Source: an uncultured delta proteobacterium
GTDB taxonomy: Bacteria; Myxococcota_A; Polyangia; Polyangiales; Houyiibacteriaceae
Length of the DNA: 64,000 bases
Assembly: GCA_963699755.1 (NCBI GenBank)
Contig: CAVOVB010000001.1
Location: 1,536,001-1,600,000, forward strand
Reading direction: 5' to 3'
The translations under genes and the position numbers were made by a program. Shown piece after piece: positions 1 through 9,921 of the stretch. The notes below the pieces were generated by a model. It saw only the letters and a program-made list of their open reading frames with translations. It did no database searches and was not told the origin of the DNA. How positions within the stretch are numbered: the first letter of the stretch is position 1; each line of letters starts with the position of its first letter.

Positions 1-1727
1 GGTGCTCGACTCACGCCGTCATGGTAGACGTGCACGTCACGCTGCGGGAACGGTATTGAAATGCCCTCCGCGTCGAAACGCCGCTTCACCTCGCGGGTAA
101 CGTCCCAGTAGTCGCCCGTTTTGCTCCATGGCCGGACGACGAAGTTCATCGATGAATCGCCGAGCTCATGAAACCGAATCATCGGGGCGGGGTCTTCGAG
201 AACCTTTTCGTGACTCGTCACGATCTCGGCGAGCACCTGCTCCGCCTTCGCAATGTCGTCCGAGTATCCAATGCTGAACGTCATGTCGATGCGACGGGTC
301 TCTTGATGCGTGATATTGCGAATGACATCGCCCCAGATCTTGTTGTTCGGGACGACCAGGAGCTGGTTGTCGAAGGTCATGATCATCGTCGACACAAGGT
401 TCATCTGGTTGACCGCCCCGATGACTCCGCCAGCCTCGATGGCGTCTCCTACGTCGTAGGGCCGATAGACCAGTATCATCAGGCCTGATGCGAAATTTGA
501 AAGAGTGTCCTGCAAAGCAAAACCGACGACGAAGCCCGCGATACCCAGGCCGGCGAGCAGAGGCCCAATCTCGATGCCCAACTGAGCGATCGCGATGATG
601 AGCCCGATCAGCATGGTGAGCCGGCCGGTGCTCTTCACGAAGAAATCCCGGGCCAAGCTCGACACCTCAAGCTTCGAGCGTTCGAGCCCTCGTCGCACGG
701 CGCCTCGCACAATCCGCGCAAGCACCCAGAACCCGAGCAGAATCAGCAGAAACGTAAGCGCGCGGAAGACGAGCTCGGTAGCGTTGTTCTGCAGCCAATC
801 GCGGGCATCCGCCAACCATTGTTCGAGTAGCCCCCCGGCAACCTCTCGGTCGAGAATGTCCTGAGAGAGCCTGCCCGTCGCGCTGATGATGCCCTGTCTG
901 AGCTCTGCGGTCTGCATCCCGCGTTTGTCCATCAGTCGAACCGTCAGACGCTGGCTCTCGGCAAGCACATCGCGGTAGCTTCTGAGCGAGACGAGCTCCT
1001 CTTGGGCATCGGCGTCTTGGTCCAAACCGGGCTGGTCGACGAGGGCATCGATGTCCTTTTTCGTCTGCCGAAGAAGGCCTGCGAGGCCGTCGGCGCGAGT
1101 TTGGAGTCGCTCTTTCAGATGCTCGGTGACCGCTTTGACGTCTTCACCAAGCGCAGAGCGTTGAGCGATGCTCGAATCGAAGTACTCGAGAAGTCGGTTT
1201 GCGTCGCGAAGTAGCTCACCGAAGTCCTGACGAGCTTGCCTCGCTTCTTTGGCGCTTCCTTTCGAGATCCTCTCCAGGTCTTCGATCGCTTCGAGCGAGA
1301 GCGAATCCAGCTTCTCCCGCATGGATTTCGCGTCCTGCGTGACGAGATCGATGGTCGCCGCGCGTGCAATCGCAATCTCTCCGCCAGCGTCTTCTCCGTT
1401 TTTCACGAGCTCGACGAGGCTCGCAAGGGACCGTCGATAGCGGGATCGACGCTCCGACAGCTCTTTTCGTACAGGCGCTGCCGCCGCCATGTCCCCAACC
1501 TTTTTCAACTCTGCGCGCAGCTCGTCGAGCTCAGCGCGACGCGCTTTCAAGTCCTCGAGGAGGTCGAGAGCTTGCTGTGAGGTTGTCGTGGTGATTTCGG
1601 ATCGTCCGCCTTCTCGTGGTTGCGTTTCTTGTCCGAGCACCTCGGCTTCGATCGAGAGCGAAAGCGCCACGAAGAGCGCAAGAAGAATCAGCGGCGGAAG
1701 TCGACCGGGCTTGGCATGCGTATCCAT
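1..1727 (-). CDS. Mechanosensitive ion channel MscS family, large N-terminal domain; 3' end runs off the window
   Basis: Read by hand on the minus strand: ATG at 1727, then GFVVGFALQDTLSNFASG and C-terminal SIPFPQRDVHV typical of MscS. No stop before base 1, so it is absent from the ORF track. Confidence 0.85.
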   Translation of the reverse strand, partial: MDTHAKPGRLPPLILLALFVALSLSIEAEVLGQETQPREGGRSEITTTTSQQALDLLEDLKARRAELDELRAELKKVGDMAAAAPVRKELSERRSRYRRSLASLVELVKNGEDAGGEIAIARAATIDLVTQDAKSMREKLDSLSLEAIEDLERISKGSAKEARQARQDFGELLRDANRLLEYFDSSIAQRSALGEDVKAVTEHLKERLQTRADGLAGLLRQTKKDIDALVDQPGLDQDADAQEELVSLRSYRDVLAESQRLTVRLMDKRGMQTAELRQGIISATGRLSQDILDREVAGGLLEQWLADARDWLQNNATELVFRALTFLLILLGFWVLARIVRGAVRRGLERSKLEVSSLARDFFVKSTGRLTMLIGLIIAIAQLGIEIGPLLAGLGIAGFVVGFALQDTLSNFASGLMILVYRPYDVGDAIEAGGVIGAVNQMNLVSTMIMTFDNQLLVVPNNKIWGDVIRNITHQETRRIDMTFSIGYSDDIAKAEQVLAEIVTSHEKVLEDPAPMIRFHELGDSSMNFVVRPWSKTGDYWDVTREVKRRFDAEGISIPFPQRDVHVYHDGVSRA

Positions 1728-1939
1728 GCCGTGATCTTGCCGACTCGCGAGACGAAAGCGGAAAAAACAGCCTCGTCGCGAGGCGGCAAGATTCCCCGTC
1801 GCGCTAGTCGAGCTCCCGCAGCCCACTACCGGTGCCGGCGCCGGTCACGAGTGTCGCAGCTCCGTGCGGCCTCAAGTGTTTTATATCAAACATGAATCCT
1901 CCTATTGCAGGTGCAGAGGCCTGTCTCTAGCGTTCGGCT

Positions 1940-2794
1940 ATGAAAGACGACCTCAACCCTACGTCTCGCGAGGTCTTGCTGTGTCTTCTCTTGCCCAACG
2001 CTTCTTGCGGATTCCCCATCGGTGCGAGCGCGCAAGAGGCCTCGACCGAGAGAGCTGAGCACGAGAGCGCGGTTTCGTTCGAAGCAATCGAGCCCGATTT
2101 CGCCGTCGACTCGGTTGAAGCAAGCATAGCCAAGATCCAAGTGCTCTCCAAGTCCGGTATCGCAGCAACCCAGGTCATCGAGATTGGGGAAAACTTCGAT
2201 TGGGCACAGCTGGTTTCTGGAGAATAAGTCAAGGGTGAAATCAAACGCATGCGGGATGACGACCTCGAGCTCGACAGCGACAAGCTAGACATCTTGAAGA
2301 TCGACTTTGATGACGTCGCGCTTGTTCATTCGCCACGCATCGCAACATACGTCTTCGAAGGTCGAGTGAGCGCAAGCGGCAAGGGCGTCATCATCCCAGA
2401 CAAAGTCATCATCGAGACCAGAGAGGGAACAAAGGTCTTCCCGCGAAGTGAGCTGCAGTCGATCATCGAGGGCGGTGAGCGAGAGGGAAGCTGGTGGTGG
2501 TTCACGCTTGGCTTTGGTCTCACTTCGAACAAAGGAAACACCGATCAGTTCACCTACGACAGCAGTTTCAATGTCCGCCGCGAAGATCGGTTGACGTTGC
2601 TTCGTTTGGCTTACTACGCGACCTTCGGCCGGACCGACGGCTTCCAAAACGGCAGAGGTCATCTCGTGAACCTGGATTTCAGCGTGTTTCTTTTCCTTCG
2701 GACCGAAGATCCTGCACCACCCCCTGATCCCCATGTGACTATCGAGAAGAACGACTAGCAGCTGATTGTCGGCGTCAGCTTGGAGCTTGGCTAG
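1940..2794 (+). pseudogene. DUF481-like outer-membrane protein pseudogene
   Basis: Aligns to the intact paralog at 44845-46071. In-frame TAA at 2225 (W in paralog), internal deletion near 2690 and TAG at 2756 (Y in paralog), after which QLIVGVSLELG continues to 2794. Confidence 0.75.
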
Positions 2795-2921
2795 GTTGAA
2801 GGGACAGCGGCGCGTGGGTATGGCATGCCTCTGCGTCTCGCTCGTGCGACCCGCCAGGACTACATGCCACGAAGGCGCACAAGCGCGACGCGCGGCTCCT
2901 CGCCCATTGGACGAGGGCCAA

Positions 2922-3334
2922 GTGACTGCCGCACCGGGCGAGCATGTCACGGCGAAGAAGCCCAAGTCCGCATCGTATCCTTTAGCGTCGATGCAGACGA
3001 ACTGGTCCGTCTCGATGCCTTGCTCGGCAGACGAGCTGCTCCCGTGGCGAAGTGCTCCGCCGGTGTCTCCAGAGTGTTCGCCTCACAAGCACTGTGGACG
3101 CGCCAAGCGCTCAGCGAGGCATCGCGCATTCACGCAAAACCTCAATCGTCGCGGCGGTCTGCCCAAGCTCGCGTTTCGTGGGGGCGTTGCGGACCCTCCC
3201 AGCTACACCAGACTGAATCTCGAGCTCATCGACTCGGCTATGGACGTCCGCCGGGCGGTGAGCCCTTTAGTGGTGCAACGGTGACCGTCCGCCACCAGCG
3301 CGAATCGGCATCCAACTCAGGGGTTCGCAGATAG
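2922..3334 (+). pseudogene. Degenerate mobC/traJ plus the first codons of a relaxase
   Basis: Frameshifted pieces RIVSFSVD, RLNLELIDS..VRRAV and TVRHQRESASN match 24658-25050. Confidence 0.8.
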
Positions 3335-3467
3335 TTTCTACAAACGCAATGCCATTCACTTAGGAGCCTCGAGGCGGTCAGTGCGTGGGGCGGACGTCTC
3401 CGCAGACCGCAGAGCCCGGCTCCGTGCGTGGAGCCGGGATCCGCCGTTGTCGCGGAGACGGGTTGTG

Positions 3468-4343
3468 TCATTTGCGCGCGACCACGCAGCGCGCTTCCCA
3501 GCCCATCTGCTCGATGGGTCCGCGAGACAGGTCACCGAGTGCCTCAACGACACCCGCCTTGACCGAAGCCACGAGCTCGGTGGGGGCATCCCCGAGCGCC
3601 GCAACGATGGGAGGCACAACTTCGTTCATGAACGCCCAGTACTCGTCGAACGAATCACACGGCATTTGGCCCCGCATCGGCTCGCTTCGCTCGAGACGAA
3701 GTCCGGCATCGTCGAAGAGCGCGTGCAAGTCGTCAGGTTCGGCGCAGCGGAAGATCCCCGGACTTCCCGGCGGCGGGCTAGGAAGCTCCAGCTGCTTCCC
3801 CAGCACACCCATGAACGTCGTCAGCCACGGGTTGTCGCTCGGAGCAGCCCACACTGTTGCCGCTGCAACCCCGCCGGGCCGAAGCACGCGGGCTATCTCC
3901 CTGACGGCCTGCAGCGGATCGGGAAAGAACATGAGCCCAAGGCGACAGGACACCGCATCGAAGCTGCGGTCGGAGAAATCCAGCGCGCAGGCGTCACCGA
4001 CGACCGTTTTGAAGTTGGTCAGATGTAGAGCCTTGGACTTGTCGTAAGCGATTCGCAGCATGCCCTCGCACGCGTCTAGCGCGGTCACCTCGACGGTGCG
4101 CCTCCGGGACGCCAGCGTCAGCCCTGGGTCGCCGGTGCCTGCGGCGATGTCGAGCACTCGCGCTCCATCTCGCAGCTCGAGGGCGCTCAGAATGGCGGTC
4201 GCCTGCGGTTGCAGGAAGCGCATGGTGAAGTCGTCCCACTTCTCCCACCCAGCGGAGAACTTGTTCCACGATTGCTTCTGCGATCGCAGGATGCTGGCTG
4301 GCGAAAGACGAACGGTGGTGTCTTGCGTTTGACTCGTTTGCAT
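3468..4343 (-). CDS. Class I SAM-dependent methyltransferase
   Basis: VLDIAAGTG motif I and RVLRPGG; start chosen at the ATG after GAGGA. Confidence 0.85.
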   Translation of the reverse strand: MQTSQTQDTTVRLSPASILRSQKQSWNKFSAGWEKWDDFTMRFLQPQATAILSALELRDGARVLDIAAGTGDPGLTLASRRRTVEVTALDACEGMLRIAYDKSKALHLTNFKTVVGDACALDFSDRSFDAVSCRLGLMFFPDPLQAVREIARVLRPGGVAAATVWAAPSDNPWLTTFMGVLGKQLELPSPPPGSPGIFRCAEPDDLHALFDDAGLRLERSEPMRGQMPCDSFDEYWAFMNEVVPPIVAALGDAPTELVASVKAGVVEALGDLSRGPIEQMGWEARCVVARK

Positions 4344-4393
4344 GGCGGATTCCTCTGAAAGGTGTGCAATGGCCTCGGTGGGTTGTCTTTGGC

Positions 4394-4957
4394 TCACTGC
4401 ACCCGGCGAACCGCGAGCGGGGTCGGGTTGGAGACGATGTCGACGAGTGGCGAGCGCTCCTGGGCGACTTGAATGAGCTCGTCGATGATCTCTGACGGTG
4501 CGTCGGCGTCGACCTTGAGCGATACGCGAATTGCCTCATAGCCGTTGCGGACCGTGCCATCGAGGCCGAGGACGCCGTGCAGGTCCACGTCCCCTTCGAG
4601 CGTGGATTCTACCGAGCGCAGTCGAATGCCGCGTGCGGTCGCATGGATCACCAGGGTGGAGCACAGGCACGCCGCAAGAGCGTGGAGAGCGTGCTGTGCC
4701 GGGTTAGCAGCACGGTCCGCGCTCAGCAGGACCGCGGGCTCGTCGCTATCGACGACGTGGGGCTGTTCATGGATGTGCTTCTGACAGGCTCCGTCGAAGT
4801 CCGAGATCGTCGTCCGATTGTGACCGCCACCAAGCCACTGGGTATGGGCGCGGAACTGGAACTTGGCAATGACGGGTTGGTCGCCGATGGCGTTGACGGT
4901 GGCGCCCATTGCATTGGTGTCGAGACCGTTCAGGATGGAAGTCTGCTGGTTGTTCAT
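4394..4957 (-). CDS. OsmC family protein
   Basis: DEPAVLL..D.AANP..HALHALAACL and ERSP motifs. Confidence 0.85.
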   Translation of the reverse strand: MNNQQTSILNGLDTNAMGATVNAIGDQPVIAKFQFRAHTQWLGGGHNRTTISDFDGACQKHIHEQPHVVDSDEPAVLLSADRAANPAQHALHALAACLCSTLVIHATARGIRLRSVESTLEGDVDLHGVLGLDGTVRNGYEAIRVSLKVDADAPSEIIDELIQVAQERSPLVDIVSNPTPLAVRRVQ

Positions 4958-5091
4958 GGTGATTGTCCTCGTGGTTGTGGGCGACGTGCCCGGATGCCTT
5001 GCCGATGAGCACAGGTCGGGCCAAGTCGCGAACAGGCCACGAATGCAAGCAATTACAGTGGCTTACCAAGCGTGCCAGGCAATGCTGGCGG

Positions 5092-5148
5092 ACGCGAGAT
5101 CTCGCGTAGCGCGAAATCTCGCGTCGGATTCGGCACGATATCTCGCGC
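5092..5148. promoter_or_regulatory. Three CGCGAnATCTCGCG palindromes, candidate enhancer sites
   Basis: ACGCGAGATCTCGCGT (perfect, 5092), GCGCGAAATCTCGCGT (5109) and GCACGATATCTCGCGC (5133) lie between a sigma-54 activator gene and osmC. Confidence 0.55.
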
Positions 5149-7087
5149 TACTTGATACCGAGCGCCTGCAGTCGCGAGCGAAAAGTGGACGGTTTCATGC
5201 CCAGCATCGCTGCCGCCCCGGACGAGCCCGCGACCGTACCTTCGCACAGCTCCAGCGCACGTTCGAAGTTGCGCTTTTCCAGCGCGCGCAGCTCGTCGAT
5301 GGTCAGCACGGTGGGCGCGTTTTCTCCCTCGTCGCGCAAGCCTGGAGCGGCGAACTGCACCGCCTCGGCGAGGTCCGGCAGCGCGCGGCTCAGGTCGACA
5401 ACACCGTGTCGGGCGGTGATGACCGCGCGCTCCAGCACATTGATGAGCTCGCGCACGTTGCCCGGCCAGTCGTAGCGTGAGAGCCGATCGATGGCGAAGT
5501 CGGACGGTGCTTCCAGCGTCTTGCCCATGCGCACGGATATCCTCTTGAGCAACGTCCGCGTGAGCAGGGGAATGTCCTCGCGCCGCTCGCGGAGGGGCGG
5601 GACGTGGATCGGAAACACTGCCAAGCGGTAGTAGAGGTCTTCACGAAAGCGCCCGGCCTTGACTTCTCCGAGCAGGTCCCGGTGGGTGGCTGCCACTTCT
5701 CGGACATCCACACTGCGGGTACGCGAGCTTCCCACGGGCTCGAACTCGCCGCACTGCAGCACTCGAAGCAGCTTCGGTTGAAGAGACAGCGTAAGCTCTC
5801 CGATCTCGTCAAGGAACAGCGTGCCCCCGTCGGCGAGCGCAAACCGCCCCTCCCTTCTGCGCGTCGCACCGGTGTACGCCCCAGCTTCGTGCCCAAAGAA
5901 TTCGCTCTCGATGAGGTTGTCTGGGATCGCCCCACAGTTGACCTTGACGATGCGCTTGCTGCTGCGGGCGCTCAGTTCATGCAAGGCATCGGCGACGAGC
6001 TCCTTGCCGGTCCCCGTTTCACCCATCACCAGCACCGTTGCGTCGGTAGCGGCGACTTCTTCGATATTCCGCTGCATGGCGCGGAAAGCCAGGCTCTCTC
6101 CCATCATTCCGGTGGTTCGCCCTCTGGAGGCGCGCAGGTACTCCGCCTCGCTTGCCAGCGCTTCGATCGCACGTTCGGCCTCGAGGCGGTCGTTTACGTT
6201 TCTGAGGATCAGTGTGTAGTAGGCCTCCCCTTGGGCGCCCTGCGATCGCGAGAGAGAGCCCTCTGCAGGGAACAGCTCGCCGCTCGCTATTCGCCCCGTA
6301 AGGCCGCCAGCCACCCAGCTTAGCTTGCCCGTTGACCGGCCGGCCGCCCGTCGAGGGCGCGGGCGAGGCCTCTCACTTTCTGGGAAGACTCCTCGTCGAG
6401 GAAGGGCAGAAAGTCAGTCCCGACGAGCTCGCCGGGATCCTGTCCGAACACCGACGCGGCGGCCGTGTTTGCATGCGTGACCCGGAAGTCGCGATCCAGG
6501 TCCACAATGGCGTCCAGTACGCCATCGACCAGTCGTGCCAGCCTGGCCTCCCGCTCGCGGACTTCGCGCTCTGCCCGCAGGCGGCGTAACTCGGCCGCGG
6601 CCCGCGCCGAGAACACCCGAAACAGTGCGTCCAGCCTCGGATCGGCCGGCATGGGACGCGTATCGAGCGCAGCGAGGTGCCCCAGCACGCTCCCGTCCGA
6701 ATCGAGAAGCGCGAGCCCCATGAAGCTCACTGCGCGAGTCTGCTGCACGACTTGGTTGTCCGGGTAAAGATCGATGATGTTGTCTTCGATGTGAATGAGG
6801 CTCCCACTCTGTTCCACAACCCTCTCGCAAGGCGTCCCGTCGATGTCGTAGTTGAAATCGTCGACGAACCCGCCATCGAGGAACATGCTGTAGGAATTCA
6901 GGCGCCTTTCTTCGGGACGCCATTCGGTCACCCAGGCACCGAAGGTCTGCATAGCCGAACTGAGGCTCCGAGTGAGCTGAGCGAAGAACTGGGTGCCCGT
7001 TGCGCCCGCGGTCCCCTCTGCCACGCTGCGCCACAACGAAACATCGTCCAGAGAATCGAAACGCGAGATTGTGGCCCTTTGCGACAC
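5148..7087 (-). pseudogene. Sigma-54-dependent activator (GAF-PAS-AAA+-HTH), frameshifted
   Basis: [22 protein letters not shown] and WPGNVREL. Split into ORFs 6320-7087 and 5148-6314 by a 5-bp duplication AGCTT-AGCTT at 6317-6326. Confidence 0.85.
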
Positions 7088-7361
7088 GGCCTCATAGTAT
7101 CGAGTGTGGCCCCCGGACGCACCCTCGACGGGGTAGCCGCGGAGCCCGGACTCGTTTGCTCGTTGCCACGGTCACCCGCGGAAAACGTCCTCGTCCACGA
7201 GGGATCGAATCGCAATCTCATCGATTTCCAGCCCAGCGCGTGCGTGCTCGGCCTTCCACGTCGCTCGCCAGATGAGCCGGCGAACGAGCTCGGTCGTCTG
7301 GGGGCGACCCATTGACTTCCACTCCGAGCAGAGAGCATCGAGGAACGCGGTGGCAGATAGA

Positions 7362-7400
7362 AGAACTTTGAGCTTGACGGGGGACGCCGCTTCGCAGAAG
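7362..7400 (+). mobile_element. Isolated IS110/IS1111-type right-end tip
   Basis: AGAACTTTGAGCTTGACGGGGGACGCCGCTTCGCAGAAG is nearly identical to the reverse complement of 22547-22585. Confidence 0.75.
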
Positions 7401-7449
7401 GCAACACAAAGCCGCTCTCCGCGCGGTTCCCGACGCGACCTAACGAGCT

Positions 7450-7495
7450 AGTACCGCGCAATTCGGCGCTCATCATCATCCCGATGGGCTAAGAG
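7450..7495 (+). repeat. 46-bp site, copy 1
   Basis: AGTACCGCGCAATTCGGCGCTCA-TCATCAT-CCCGATGGGCTAAGAG. Confidence 0.9.
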
Positions 7496-7538
7496 GCTCT
7501 CCGATCGCGGTGGAGGGGCTGTCCGGACGGGCTGGCCC

Positions 7539-8534
7539 TCAGCCCGACTTGGCCCTGCCCGCCTTCACCTCGGTCACGTCGTCGAAGTCCAATTCTACCT
7601 CGACGTCCGCTTTTCCGCGCGGCTCGCCCTTCGAGCCGGCGGTCCCTACGCTGTTCAAGTCGGCCCCGGAACGGCCAGCAGTGCCAGCGCTTTTCCCGCC
7701 CGATGCATTCGCGTTCGCCGGAGAAAACTTCTTCACCTTGTCCGTTGCCTCCACGGGGGCTGCTTCATCCCCTTTGGCCGCTTCGACCGGGTCTACGAAG
7801 CCGTGTGCTTCGGCGATCTTCGGCACGATCATCGCGCTCCAGATGTCCTTCAGCGGAACATGCTCCAAGAGCGTTTGGGAGCCGACCGCATCCACCAAAC
7901 CGGCTTCGGTGAACTTCTTCTTCTCCTGCCCGGCGGTCAAGGCCGCCGTGATGATCTTCTCGAGCTCGCTACGGGGAAGTAGCGCGGCGATGCGATGGAC
8001 CGAGATACCGTCGATGATGTCACGATGGGTCATCAGCTCATCTTGGAGGGCCCGATCCATCATGAAGGCCACATGTTCCGTGGCTCTCTTCGACGCTTCC
8101 GCATCCGACGACGAGGCATCCCAGAACTCACCCTCGATCAGGAATTGCCAAAGTGCTTTGTCGGAGAGGTACCGGACACGATCATCTGGATCGAAGAGAC
8201 CCACGACCGTCTCGGCGTTCGTCTCTCCTTCGTCCAAGGCGATCTGCAGATCTTCACCCGCCGATTCAGCGGACTTCTTCGACGCGATTCGGGACTTGAT
8301 ACCCGTGGTGGTCACCAGGATGTTGGCCCGCAGCGAAGGTCGATCACCCAAGCCCGCCATGATGGCCGCTGGAGGGAAGTGACGTATGAAATCCTCCGCA
8401 GTGCGTCGTCCGCATCCAAGGGCATGCTCGACCACGTGGGCGAGGAAGCGCTCACGTCCGTGACTGAGCTTGGAGGCGAACGGAGGTTTCTCTTCCTGGA
8501 TTCCTTCGGGTTCTGTCTTCTTCGCGTCGGCCAT
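7539..8534 (-). CDS. Hypothetical protein
   Basis: 331-aa ORF with protein-like composition and a purine-rich RBS region; no family recognised. Confidence 0.75.
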   Translation of the reverse strand: MADAKKTEPEGIQEEKPPFASKLSHGRERFLAHVVEHALGCGRRTAEDFIRHFPPAAIMAGLGDRPSLRANILVTTTGIKSRIASKKSAESAGEDLQIALDEGETNAETVVGLFDPDDRVRYLSDKALWQFLIEGEFWDASSSDAEASKRATEHVAFMMDRALQDELMTHRDIIDGISVHRIAALLPRSELEKIITAALTAGQEKKKFTEAGLVDAVGSQTLLEHVPLKDIWSAMIVPKIAEAHGFVDPVEAAKGDEAAPVEATDKVKKFSPANANASGGKSAGTAGRSGADLNSVGTAGSKGEPRGKADVEVELDFDDVTEVKAGRAKSG

Positions 8535-8703
8535 GCCAGTCCATCTTTCGTTGAAACAGGAAAACTACACATATAAGGTATGAAAATCGCAGTCTCAGGT
8601 CAATGGAAATGTCGACCATGCCGAATGCCGGGCTCGTACCGAGAGCTCACGATCCAGTCCGCTTGCGCCTAGGAATCACTGAAAACACAAGTAGGCTCCA
8701 ACA

Positions 8704-8900
8704 TCACCCCGGTCCGTTTCTGCTCGAGTCCCACTCGACGGCGCAGCCACCGCCTCCGCGCCAGTCGTTCTCCAGGGTGCAGAACCGGGTACGGCCATCG
8801 TCGCGGTCCAAGCTGCCATCGTCGCAAACCTCGTCGACGTCGAGGACGCCGTTGTCGCAGGTCAGCGGTGCCGCGCGAACCGGGGTGGCGGCCATGGTAT
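8704..8900 (-). pseudogene. Fragment with a myxobacterial Cys-rich repeat (DUF4215-like)
   Basis: CDNGVLDVDEVCDDG motif in a short, incomplete ORF. Confidence 0.45.
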
Positions 8901-9038
8901 TTACAGACGCCGCTGCCACACTGAGGGGCTTCGGTGCAAGGCCCTGCGCCCAGCTCGCATCGGTCTTCGGGCCGCTAGGATATCCCGATTTCGCGCCGAG
9001 TCCCGGATTGAGCAAATGAACTGCGAGCGACTCCCCCG

Positions 9039-9875
9039 ATGCTGATCGACTCTCTCCTCATTCTCGCTGGCTTCGCGTTGCTCCTGGGAGGTGGAGAAGG
9101 CCTGGTGCGTGGCGCGAGCGGAATTGCGCTCCTTGCACGGGTCCCTCCGCCGGTCGTCGGGCTCACCGCTTTGGTCCGCCCTTTGTGAATCTTGGGCAAT
9201 ACCGTTCGCTTCGAATGGCCGGTCATGATGCTCGCTGCGGTTCTGCTCCATCTGCTCGCACGGGACTTGCTCGTCGATCGATTGGAGAGCGGCTTCCTCT
9301 TCGTGTGCATGGTCGCCTTTGCGGTTTACGCCGTCTGGCTCGGCCGCAAAGGGGTTGCTCCGGTCGAGCAACAGGAGTTCGCAGACCTGACGACCGCGTC
9401 CTTTGGTCGGTCTGGGAGGGCCGCCGTGGGCCTCAACGTTGTGGCGGTCGCCGTTGGGATTGGGTTGCTGGGTGCAGGCTCCACGGCCCTGGTGCAAGGG
9501 GCCGTCGGCGTGGCCAGCCTGCTCGGCGTCCCGGACACCGTCATTGGCCTCACGATCGTGGCAGCCGGGACCAGCGCGCCCGAGCTCGTGACCTCACTGG
9601 TCGCCGCACGCAGGGGGCAGGACGACATCGCAGTCGGCAACATCGTCGGCTCGAACATCTTCAACGTGCTCGGCATCGTCGGAGTCGCGGGCCTCATTCG
9701 ACCTTTGCCAGTTCCGCGAGAAATCATCGTTTGGGACGACCTGTGGATGTTGGGCGGATCTGCCCTGCTGTTTCCATTGATGAAAACCGACATGACGATC
9801 AACCGTATCGAAGGCGCCTTGCTCTTGGCGGGGTTCGCAACGTACATGGCGCTCTTGATCCACCGATTCGCGTGA
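9039..9875 (+). pseudogene. Calcium/sodium antiporter (YrbG-like) pseudogene
   Basis: Starts MLIDSLLILAGFALLLGGGEGLVRGA; the first alpha repeat is deleted after VVGLT; in-frame TGA at 9186; the second repeat GTSAPEL...[10 protein letters not shown] is intact. Confidence 0.8.
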
Positions 9876-9921
9876 AATCGTCATGGGCATCGCTTTAGAG
9901 GCCACGAGGATGCAATAGCGT

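Noticed and set aside
2225..2758. In-frame stops as stop-codon recoding
   Set aside because: They occur with deletions in the same gene, involve different codons, and intact genes use TAA/TAG/TGA as normal stops.
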